A stretch of 64,000 nucleotides of DNA from Ptychomitrium polyphyllum (Eukaryota), in assembly GCA_973851085.1 (NCBI GenBank), contig OZ316775.1, forward strand, positions 9,920,001-9,984,000. Direction: 5' to 3'. The position numbers were made by a program, and so were the translations under genes. The notes under the pieces are model-generated. The model searched no databases and was not told the origin of the DNA. It saw only the letters and a list, made by a program, of their open reading frames with translations. The first letter of the stretch is position 1; each line of letters begins with the position of its first letter. This document shows, piece after piece, positions 25,976 to 37,342 of this stretch.

Positions 25976-28650
25976 TGTCTTGCCGTCCGTGGAAATGGCC
26001 CTCTCCTGCTCCCCTTCTGGCAAACTCACCTCTGGCAAACTCAAGACGACAGGAAGTATTGTGAGTGCAAGAGATGAGACTGCAGTAGGAACAAAATGTC
26101 TCGTGCGATTCTTGTTTCTCAAGCTCTGTGTACATGACATGCAAACATATGCGGCCTCCTAACAACGGGTTTTGCACATAAAAAGGTTATCGGGGAACTA
26201 GAACTGAGGAGTGGCGTGCTGGCGGCAAGAGCGAGATATTGCACACGATGCGGCGCTTTGTACAACCAACCAGCTCCTAAGAAAGCTACTCGACCCGCAT
26301 TTTCTTCAGGAAACCGACCTTGCCAACTGGAAGCAATCCTGTCTCGACGACCATCACGGACCACGAACTCTAGCCTGCTTTTCCTACCTTCCACTCAACA
26401 AACGCAAACTGTAACTCCCATTCACAGCCCCACAAACCAGGCTCAGAGACACAAAACCGAATTCTAAAACATCCACCACGGGCCTTAAAAAACCTGGAAA
26501 AGAACACAAACCTTTACGCAAACACCATGTCAACCCCAAATCATGAACTCCCAAACTTCAAACTCTAGTACATGCATGATCACCTCGAAATCGAGATGCA
26601 ACGCCACCATTCGAGAACCCAACGGCCACTAATTGTGACGGTTTAAGTAACCTCACTAACAACGACTCGAGAATGGTGAACCACGCACCTGAGCTGCAAG
26701 GGAATGATGCGACGCAGAGCCGCTCCTCCACCAAACTCACAGCTTTGAAAAGTGGCAGGAGCGAGAAGTTTCACCTGCTACGACGCTCCTAGAATCTGAG
26801 CGGAGCTGAACATTGTTGTCGTGCAATAGAACGCATGGCGTGATGCAGGGTGACGAGCGGGGTTGCAAGTTGGGAGTTCGCTTTTCTCTGCGAGTGTTCG
26901 AGGCTCCCAAGTGGTGATGACTTGGCGTAATCCGAAGCACCTCGCCACCTGCCTCCGCAGTCCTTCCGATGACGCACGACCGTCCTCTTCTTTGCAACCG
27001 GAATCTGGTATCAACTTTACATCAAAAAACTGGAACTAGATTTGTTGAAAAGACTAGATTGCTTTGCTTACTATAGTATTCCCTGGGGCCTGAGACATTT
27101 CTCATTCAGTATTTCCTCTAACTTATTTTACTACAATTTCGGATTTTGAACCCAATTGGAAATCATACTGTTCTTCAGTGACCCTTTGAACATCCTCGAG
27201 AAGGGATGTTTCCATCGCAAATCCAATTCCAGTGTCAAAGCCTTGTGAGTATTGAGCTAGTTTGTGAACCAAATCATTATTTTAGACTCGTGCCTTTATG
27301 CGTTCATTGCTACATTCCCTAGTAATCACTTACTGTTTATTTTCTCTGTTGCAAGGAGAGGGTGTGTTGCTTCACCTGTTGTGATTATTTTGGTGAAATA
27401 GTTTGGGAAGTTGAATATTTTGGAAGGGCAATCTGGTATGATTCCAGTGAAGTCGATCATCTTACATCATCAGTGTAGTAGCTCTGGTTTCTCGTTATCA
27501 CGTTCTGCGTCAGCAGTCCTGAGCCTTTTACCTCGGCTGCTGGGGCACGTTGCTGCAAGTGCTTATGGTAATGTATAAGTTCCAACTTCCATGCCAGAAA
27601 CGTAATTTTTGATTGCAACAACTTACTCTCGAACTCCTACGAATGCTATCAGCTGGAGGCCCTTGTAAATCCAAAGCGATGCAAATATATCATGTGTTTG
27701 TTTCAGTCCTAAGAATGTAACTAATTGAATAAAGTGAGATTGTCCCGCACTATAATAACTTTTTCATCATGATTTGCTCTAACACAAAAGTTGCAATGCA
27801 ATACGGACAATGTGTTAATACTATCTTGAGGCCATTGGTTTACAGAGTTCATGTTACATTACAAATTGATTGGACCTCATCTCCTGAAAGGCTCAGCATC
27901 AATGATCCCCATTTAGCCTTGAGGAGTCATTTTATTACATGGTAGTGACGGTCACATGAATATTCTGGAGCTTCATACAGCATGCCAGCATATGTGCGGT
28001 ACCCACTGTCACTGTCAGGAAACACTTATACAATCATATTTAGTAAAGGTGCGACATGACTCTAAATTAGTCAGATCACTCTCATCTCATTGCCGGAATC
28101 CAAGGAATGTCTGAAACGTCCTAGGAAGGCACTACACATTTGCCAGAACGTGTAACTGTGTACTTATGTTGAAGGTCATCACTCGAATTACACCCAAACA
28201 GAAAAAATGTGAAAATTTTTACATTTTCATAATCAGTTATATACAGATTCCACATTTGCAAGCCTTCAAAGGTCGCTGCAAATATGCGCCACTGCAGAGA
28301 TCTAGTTAAGATTTACAGAACGCTGGCAAACTAGATTCCCCATAAACTGCCCCTCTCCATTTCCCAAGGGATCATAAAGAACCTAAAATCAAAATTGAAG
28401 TTGGGTGGAGCACAAGCTCATATCTACATACATCACAGATTTCTCTCCCCCATGGTTCTAGATGCACTTAGGATCATATTTAGGATCCTATTATTTTGAA
28501 CTTGCTAAAAATTCATGGTGAATTTTAAAACTGCATTTCCATTAAATTATAACATCTTTCTACAATAGGACCTCATAGAAGTTGGTCCATTTCATACTTG
28601 GATCTTCGTCTATGCTAAATTGCTTAAAGCCATAGTTATGGGAACCTACC

Positions 28651-31048
28651 TTACACTGTTTCACAGAAATATGTGCAGAGGATAACCCTTGTTGTGCTTT
28701 CCAAAAGTGTCAACTCTCGCCATGGTGGATTTATTCGCACCATGCAACCTACATCAATTTCGAGTTCAGCAGCAACTTTGGAGTTGAAGATCACTTGCAC
28801 CTGATCCACAACAGAAGTTAACAATGTAGGTCCCATCCATTTTGAAGGTGCCTGTATAACTTGGCACTTGCACGTTGTTAGCCGGCCTTCTAGAGATTTC
28901 TTTATGATCTGTACCTACACACCATAAACAAATCAGAGTTCTGAGATTTTCAAGAACATCGTGTCTACTAACAAAAATAACTAACAGTTTCAATGTCCCT
29001 CTTCACCGAGGTACTTGTAACCCTTTTTATGGGCTATGAAACTGACCTGTCTGTTTCGGAATTTCAACAAACAGTACAAATCGAATAAATAACTTTTATC
29101 ATGATTGTTGATTGACATTGGCACCTGCAATCCAAGCTTTTTATCTGCAAAATTCATGAGCCCTAGACTTTTAAATTTCTCGGCACACGCAAAAATTCAG
29201 TCAAGCAAATTGCGAAACAACTGAGTAGAATTTTACCTGAAAAGAGTCATCGAGTGTATTAAGGGGCACCCCTTTCATAATTTCTGCATGTTGCTGTTTT
29301 TCCAATTGGACGATCCTCTGTAAGCGAGTAGAATAATCTTGGTTTATTGAGAATTGTAAAGAAGGCAAAGGGGCACAATCAAAGGAGGGAGCTGCCATTA
29401 GAGCTTCCTGAAACTGTTCTGCGATTCTTGGCAACGATTGCGGCTTTGACACTAATGGAGAATTAGCAGGAGTCCCAATATTATCACATACTTCGATATC
29501 ATCTTCTCTAGAGTTAGATTTGGGCTCGAGCTTAGGCACAATTAGTCCTGAAACAAAACACAACCTGTTAACATCAGATAACTTATGGTAAAGATGTAAA
29601 GCCCAGGCAAACCACAGCTTGAGATGTCATAATACCACACTCGACGCCGCCATGTTATGGTGATTGAATATATAAGCCAAATGTGACTATTACTGGCATA
29701 CTCGGATGACAATGCGTAATAGGATTGCTGTGACAAGCTCTGATTCCAAGATACTTCAGTCATAATAGTACCCACGCCATCTGGTTCTAACGGATTCATG
29801 TGACTGTAACATTTTTATCCTAGAATATCCCAAGAAATCAAGTACAAAAGGCAATGTCATGAAACATACTTTTGCCTTTCGGCTTCTGGTTCGATTTATC
29901 CTGCTTTGAACGCGAACTATCCTCTTGCAAAAGCTCATGCAATCTTTGCCCCATTGGCGCTACAACCTTGGCAGAGCTTTTTGTCCAATTCTCATGATCA
30001 CTTGTATCACTGTCCGCAGTCTCTAATTCATCGTTCCACAAGGACCCCGCTCCCCTGCTCGTAGCAACCCCTTCACTCACACGGAGTACCATCGTGAGCT
30101 AACATCAAACTCCAATCAATGCTCTCGATCAATGTCAATAAATAATCAAGAGGAACATCTAAAAACATATGAAGATAAACATCAAAAAACCACATTATCA
30201 AATCAACAACCCACATCTCATGGCAGCAAATATATTGCAAAATAGTCTTAGTCAGTCAGCAAGTGTGGCATTTTAAGTCAGCATATCAAAATTACATAAA
30301 TGTTAAAAGATGCATTTAGGTGTCAACTCCATCTATCCATTAATAGATAGCTGCTCCCCACTAACTACGTGGCACATACACGTATACACACAAGATTTGG
30401 AAACACACCTGCAACGTTGCTTCTACTCTGGAATCCATGCCGCACTTGAACCTTATCGTCTACATCAAAGGACGATCGTTTGTCTCCAGACACTGACTCC
30501 CCAAGAAGATCCTGAAGCCGTTGTGCCATACTCGTGCTTGGGCCAGTGCTAACTGGCTGTTGCACCGGCACTCTGCTCTGGGATGGAGTGAGCTCATCCT
30601 GCTCAATGAGTTCTTGAAATTTATTGGCGAGGGGTACAGGCTCCGCATGCTTGTTGTGATGATACCGGGGAGGTCTCGGAACGGTACGAAACTTCAACTT
30701 CCGAGAACTGGACATTGTAGCTGATCATGGGATAAGAAAGATCAAAATGGGGTGAAGGTGCTAACAGCTGAAATCCGTCTACAAATTCAATCAGAAAGCA
30801 CAGGCTCAGATACAAAGGATGTGCTTCGGTACAAATCCATGCCACATCTCCGAACCAAGATATCGAAACCATCATCGCAGATAATCGATGTCTAAGATTA
30901 GTTTGCACACTGCTGCCCGCAAACCACTCAAACCCTAAACCCTAAACCCACTCGAATTCAGAAAGCTTACATGTAATCGAAACTCATCCACATCGGAGTT
31001 GCGCCAAAACGTCCTCTCCGCGACTCAAAAACCACAGAATGAATCCAT
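28651..31048 (-). CDS. Uncharacterised gene with SPIDR/DUF4502-like C-terminus, possibly partly pseudogenised; exons about 31048-30971, 30891-30870, 30720-30409, 30098-29870, 29547-29237, 28914-28651
   Basis: C-terminal VQVIFNSKVAAELEIDVGCMVRINPPWRELTLLESTTRVILCTYFCETV and upstream STRLQRIVQLEK; repeated M.QRL.(D/E)LL motif. In-frame TGA at 31025-31027 and a phase conflict at the 30409/30098 junction. Confidence 0.65.
30930..30949. repeat. Short interstitial telomere-type repeat, about 3 x AAACCCT (telo-box), in the first intron of the SPIDR-like gene
   Basis: AAACCCTAAACCCTAAACCC visible. Confidence 0.8.
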
Positions 31049-31439
31049 GAAGCTACAAGCTACAGTGAGAAGATGCCAGGACAATCCACGGCACTGACAA
31101 TGTCGACGTGAATTTTGGCTACTAAGTTGTGCAAGGTTGGGATGTCGAGAAAGCCCGAGGGTTTGTTTACATGCAGGCGCTGTAGTGGAATCATTCTACC
31201 TGGAACTCACACCATTACACACGATTCTACATCGTCCATCGATTCCTGTCGAAGCGTACCACAACTGCAGTGCAGCTGAGAATGGAATGCAGTGTTGCGC
31301 ATGCGCCCACACCACCTCTGCTCTCCCCGCACTAATTAATCTCCCTCGTCCCACGGTTTTAGGCCTTCCATCATGGCCCCCTATGACCGTGATTTGCATT
31401 CTACGGTACTCGTCTCGGTTTTAGGGTTCTCGAGAGGGG

Positions 31440-31535
31440 GGATGATAACTGTCCGCTGCATGTCCCAGCCTTCTTCTTCGTCTGGATGATAGCCGTCCGT
31501 CGCCTGTCCGAACCTTCGTCGTCTGGATGATAACC
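31440..31535. repeat. Degenerate tandem repeat of about 40 bp (GGATGATA...GTCC...CCTTC..CGTCT), about 2.3 copies
   Basis: GGATGATA occurs three times with similar intervening sequence. Confidence 0.7.
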
Positions 31536-32570
31536 GAGAAAGGAGTATTAAGAGATTGTTTTGTGAACAGCTCCTTAATGTGGCGGATTCTTTGTATTCT
31601 TATTCATATTTGAAGGCTTCCCCACATGAATATGGCTCTATGCAGCAATGTGGAGCATGTGCAATCATATGCAACAAAGTTCTTCTTGAAAACTGATCAG
31701 ATTTTTTAAGGAAATCCTTTGTACACTTATTATTAGCAAAATTCTAGTACACTAGCTCTGATCATTAAAGATAAAGTAGGACCTCTTATGTGTAATAGTC
31801 TTCCATTTTAATGCCTTGGAATGTGAGACTCTAGCTGCAGATGGGAAGTGAAATATAGGTTTTGTTGGACATGGAAGCTTCTATCTTATTGACAGCATCT
31901 CACAAATGTGAATTCATTTGGTCTGAAAAGAGTAGGTAAAACTTAAGCATACCATCATTAGAAGCACATTTAAAAATCATGGAATTCCATTGAAAAGTTA
32001 AAAATTAAGAAGATTTAGAACATGGATGATTCAACTACGTGCTCTGTAAACACACTACTGCTTACAATTTAAAGGAATGTTTTCATGTCTATGCCATAAA
32101 TAAATATATAAAAAATGTATTGATTTTAAACTTTTTCATTAATCAATATTGAAGATCAGAAAAAACACTTCTTTAAAACAAGTAATTAAGGCTTTACAAC
32201 ACTTTACACAATCATAGACAACATAAAATTATTGCTAATATAAAATAAATTGCAATATAATATCAAATTTTCTACAACCCCAACCCAATGATAATAAGTT
32301 TTTGAATTTCTAATTGCCAATGCTAGGAATATACAAAAGATATAACACTTTAGAAGCTTACTTTTAGAGCTTCTTCTAAATTCCAAAGTTCAAAAAGTTC
32401 CTAAAAGTTTTTAAAATTGAGAATGTAGAAGGTAAGGCTACAAATGTGAAAGCAAGAAGATAAGGATAGAAGCCAATATTTGCATAAGTAGGGCATTAAG
32501 GAATTCAAGTATATCAGATTACATGGTTTCCTTCCGAGACTAGAATTTACCTTTTATCAACAGTACTACT

Positions 32571-32781
32571 CCATAACACCATTACCACCAAACCATAACA
32601 CCATTACCACCAAACCATAACACCATTACCACCAAACCATAACACCATTACCACCAAACCATAACACCATTACCACCAAACCATAACACCATTACCACCA
32701 AACCATAACACCATTACCACCAAACCATAACCCCATTACCACCAAACCATAACACCATTACCACGAAACCATAACCCCATT
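32571..32781. repeat. 22-bp minisatellite CCATAACACCATTACCACCAAA, about 9.6 copies
   Basis: Units start at 32571, 32593, 32615 ... 32769; few substitutions, in the right-hand copies. Confidence 0.97.
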
Positions 32782-33702
32782 TTTACACAACTGTAATTTC
32801 ATTAACACCCCTCAAAGATCCTGAACCAGTGATCACATGACCTTGGTGGCTAATGCCTCTGTGCTTCCAACTTTATGGTGTATTTATAGCTGATGGCCAT
32901 CGGTCTTTAGTGGAAACCAGGTATTCTGCCCTTAAGCTAAATCCAGCAGCATTGCTGTTTCTCGCTTCATGACAAATGAGAACATCTTTGAACTGCTGTT
33001 ACACACTGCATTCTAAGCGTTGGCTTCCTTCATGTCTAGTCTATCTCAATCTGTAGCTTCGAGTGATAGCTACATCAGAAACTATGATAAGTTAATCAAA
33101 ATGATGAAACAAACTATTATGCACTTGAAGCAACGGTTACATAAACCCGCTAGTTGCTGAATCCCCGTCATCCACGCCTGGGTAGTTAATGATCCATGTG
33201 AACCCAAGTGTCAGGTGAAAACTCGCCAGAAAGGAGAACCGTCTTCATCAAGCACTTGATGTGTGTGCGTGAAAAAAGGCCAAGTCAGGTTCCTCAGCAA
33301 CGTCAAGGGTTGTGGATGTCACGGAGAGTCCGTATAAAACTTGCTCCACAATTAGACACCAGTTTCAGGTTTTCTTCCAAATATGAATGGAACTTCCTAC
33401 AGGTGACCCCTCTGGAACTACGGAACATCCTGCTTGTTTTGGAGGTACTATAGCAACTGATGAACAAAAAATGAAAGTTATCGGTAGTCAATTCATGTAT
33501 GCAATCAAATGTCTAAGATTACCTAATAAATAGTTGGACAAACTGGAGATCTCTTCCTGGCACTAGGATACGAAAAGGAAAAGGAAAGAACCAAGCTCTC
33601 AGACCAAATGATCATGGGACCATTAAATGTATCTTCTGCTGCTACAAAACGTCTTTGAATGTCTTCACATGAGAAGCCAAAAAGTACCCCTTTGCCACAT
33701 GC

Positions 33703-36700
33703 CTATAATTCCTGGTGACTGGGATTATCCCATACTGCTTCCCGAGGAGGACGAGCAGGTTGTGCTCGCCCCAATGGAAACTGCCAAAAATCATCTGAGA
33801 TTGATGATTCAAAGAACATCAGGAACAGCAGCCCTGACAGGAGGATCATTCCAATTAACACCGCATATAACTGCCATTCTGCTCACCAGAAAACACGCAA
33901 TCAGTTACAGGCGACGCAAGTTCTCGCACATTAGCCACTCCAAAACAAATCAAGACTACAGTATAAGTACAAAATGGAGAAAGTGAATTTAGAAACATAA
34001 GACGCTTAGTACTCTGTTGACCAGTGAGCCATGTCTGTCTTCGCCAGAATGTTAAAAAGAGCTTACCTTTCCATTCTGACTTCTTCAGCCGACTAATCCG
34101 AGCAGTTGCATCGGCCCCCATTGACAGCAGTGATCTGTAATGGTTCAACGAGATCCAATCAGCTAGAGCTTCTATGACATTGCTTGCATATGGAGTTTTC
34201 CAGATCCGCTTTAAAACACTGAATTACACCAACTTTGTAAAGATCTCTGCCATCATAAAACTGAATCGAAATGAGAAGAATGCTACAGCTATAACTTCAA
34301 GCCAGCATCAACTCGTGTTTTAAATTATAATAGACTCTGACAACTTTGTCAATACCTTCCGTGTTTGGAAAACTCCAACTCTGTGACAGGCGAATTATGG
34401 GCACTTCCGAAAAGATGAGTTGCCTCCATTTTCATCACCGATACTACAATCAAATCACCTTCTGTTGTCCCTCTGCACATTTACACATAAAAACCACAAT
34501 TGCTTAATTCTTTCATGCCTAGCAACAAAGACAGAATCTTATATGCTATACAACTTCTCGACATGCCTGAGTAAATTTCAGTCGCCATGTCGAGAAGTTG
34601 GATAGCAACATGTTTGGTTGGGTAGAATGCTAAACATCACATAGCCGCAGGAAAACAACGAAGTATAGGAGCAAACGCATTATAAATGAAGATAGTGGAC
34701 GAGAAAGACAGAATATTCAGAACGCTAATACGAATACAAATTAAATGGATTCCCTCAACTTACAAACCCAACGATTTTCCGTCTCGCGAAGCAGCAAGAG
34801 ATGAAATAGGAGCATTAGCTAACTTTTTAGCGCCGATTCTGCTCCAATCCATCATATTCCATACTCCAATGTAGCCCCTTCGACCTGCACAGAACAGATA
34901 ATAATTACCCACAACTCAGATTACCGATACAATTCATTTCATTGTAGAAGTTCAATACATCATATGAATAAGCAAAAAAATCAGTAAATCATCACGCACT
35001 CATATTTAGAAAACAATAAACGCAACATAATTCATTACAGAGAAAAAAAAATATTACCTTTCGTAATTGAAACGAATAAGAAAGCTTTTTTTCCATCAAG
35101 TGAAAATCTGCAGCAACCAAATTTCTCATCCTGCGATAAAACACGTTATAGATGACCAATAAATAGAGAATGAAGAGTGTGCAGAAGGAAATATCCTTAA
35201 ATTCCATCAATTCTCTACGCCTCAAGACGTCCCAAAATAATGTTACAACAACAGGAGCCCCTCCGATCCTCTAAAATGTGCAACAAATAGGGAATATTTG
35301 TAAGTATATTGAAAATCCAACTGCTCGATATTCATGAATGCCTGACATACCTTTTCGCACTCCAGTTCGACTATAGATTCTCTTTTTTCGATATCCCAAA
35401 CCCGACATGCACCATTCTTAGCAGCCGACACCACATACACTGAATCCATACTGAGGCATGCGACAGTAACCTTAGTCAACTAAAGGTAATCGACCGAATA
35501 TTCAGTATTAATAATACGTATGTTTTAACTCCCTAAGTAAATGTTCAAACTTGGTACGCAAGGAAAATCATGATGTGATACGAAGCATGGGCTATCACCT
35601 GATATCAAGATCTTGAATTGAACAATGTGCGCGAGGTTCATCCAATACAAGTTCGCAAGAGGGCCAAGTAAAGACTCGAAGGTGACCATCCTGCTCATAA
35701 ATACAATTGCGTAGAAATAGGAAAACTTAGCTAAAGTACGAATAAAAGTATAGGACGACAAGTTTTCACGAAGTACTTGAAAACAGCAATAACGTTCTAT
35801 TTTCTAAGAGTCGGTTTCTCATGAAAACTACTTAGGTTGCTTTTAGTATTGCACCTAAACTTCTGCAGATTGCACCTAAACTTCTGCAGATTGCACCAGT
35901 ACTATGCATTATTTCTGATGCGTTGCTGTCCATTTAAAAAAATTAACATCAACATGATGGGGATCACGTGGTTAATTACCTTTCCGCCGGTGGCTAAAAA
36001 GCAGCAATCTCCACTGAAACATATGCAGTTTTGAATTCCGATCCCTTGAAGAAGAGAAAGCTCGCGCTCAGAGGTTTTAAGCTTCGTAGGACTCTTCGGA
36101 TCTATATCAAAATATCTGCAAGAACCCTCAAATTGGCAGTGATCGGTTTTAGGTGCTCTTCAGTAATCCAGATTGAATTCGATTTCCCCTGAGTTTCAGT
36201 TCTCTATACGCTACTAACTACAGCGAAAACTACACGCAAAAAGCCAAATAACCTCGAATCCCTTCTCCTTTAAATACCATAAGCTTTAAAAGGAGGAAAG
36301 AGAATGATAACCCAATTTTATTCTACAATAACTCCCGGATCTCAACTCCCAACTTCATAAGATTCTAAAGAGAACTGCTTCTTAACAACAAACAACCCTG
36401 TGAAAAGCAGAGGCAGCAGAAGCTTACTTGCAAGTATTTGCAAATGAACAGATAACTCCATTGCCATTAGGAAGCACTGCTAGCTGCGAAGGACGACCAT
36501 CCTCTGTCCCTACGGTATGCACCTATGAACCAACACAGAAGTACCGATAAACTTCACAATCTATCATCCCATTGCTCTTACACAGGGAAAAGAAAACAAA
36601 AAACAAAACGCATTTCATTACCTCCAAAACACGGTCGTCTCAATCAACGACCCATACCAACCCCCTTTCCCTACAAAAACCCTAACAACACACCTAACCA

Positions 36701-37031
36701 TATCCCCAAAACCATACCCACATTCATCAACCGATTGCTGCATCATCATCATCATCATCATCATCATCGTCAAACTCCCAAATGACAAACCATACACGAC
36801 ACCAAGGGAATCCAGAGGCTCTCTTACAGATTCTGAAAGCGTGTCGGCATCAAAATTGTAGTCACAAACAGCGACTCCCTCCTCCGAGCCCTCATCGCGG
36901 CCCAGGAGCACCAGAGCCGACGGCGCATCCGTCACACTCCCTGAGCGAGGCACCCACGCCCCGCAAACTGCCCCTAAATCCTCATTCCGAGTGGTCGGGC
37001 GCGCATACTTGACCCGCTTCGTCCCACTCAT
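33703..37031 (-). CDS. PHF1: SEC12-like WD40 protein, phosphate transporter traffic facilitator 1; about 10 exons (first 37031-36828, then 36522-36428, 36115-35980, 35690-35599, ...)
   Basis: N-terminal VCGAWVPR, WD40 segments (FSGDCCFLATGG, AAKNGACRVWDIE), C-terminal EWKEWQLYAVLIGMILLSGLLFLMFFE..SDDFWQFPLGR, characteristic of PHF1 rather than generic SEC12; ends HQEL. Confidence 0.9.
35848..35897. repeat. 21-bp tandem duplication ATTGCACCTAAACTTCTGCAG in a PHF1 intron
   Basis: Two perfect copies plus a partial third. Confidence 0.9.
36741..36767. repeat. (CAT)9 microsatellite in PHF1 intron 1
   Basis: Directly visible. Confidence 0.95.
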
Positions 37032-37322
37032 AGCTACCAACTCGTCTCCTTCCTCCGACCACACAACACAGAGAGAAAGCTCTCCAAAGCAAGGCACCCA
37101 GGTCACGGAGCTCAGCTTCAAGCTCACACCTTGAGATGCTAGACCGTAGAAAAAAAAACTGCAACTTCAGGAGCGTTTTACATGGGAAGAGAGAATTCCG
37201 AAAGCTGGGTGAGCTCCGACGTGCGAAGCTCTTCCGGTGTGGATCGAGGGAGCGCAACGAAGAATCGCAGCCCAGCTGCAAGTGCCGCGCTTCCAATGCG
37301 CGAACCGACGGAGGCCATCATG

Positions 37323-37342
37323 GCATATGCCGCTGAATATTC
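37323..37342. promoter_or_regulatory. Tandem P1BS (PHR1-binding, GNATATNC) pair upstream of PHF1
   Basis: GCATATGC (37323-37330) and GAATATTC (37335-37342), 4 bp apart, about 290 bp upstream of the PHF1 ATG. Confidence 0.8.

Noticed and set aside
25976..26140. N-terminal extension of PDC in the ORF track
   Set aside because: Homology starts near MGGSS (25975); the extension includes an intron-like acceptor near 26081 and is more likely 5' UTR.
27081..27215. TPP-riboswitch-like words (GGGG..CTGAGA, CCCTTTGAAC) near the TPP-dependent PDC gene
   Set aside because: Words are about 85 nt apart instead of adjacent, the CCTGA...TAA...GCG.AGG part is missing, and they are on the strand opposite PDC, outside its transcript.
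32571..32781. CRISPR-like array
   Set aside because: Head-to-tail repeats with no unique spacers, no cas genes, eukaryotic context.
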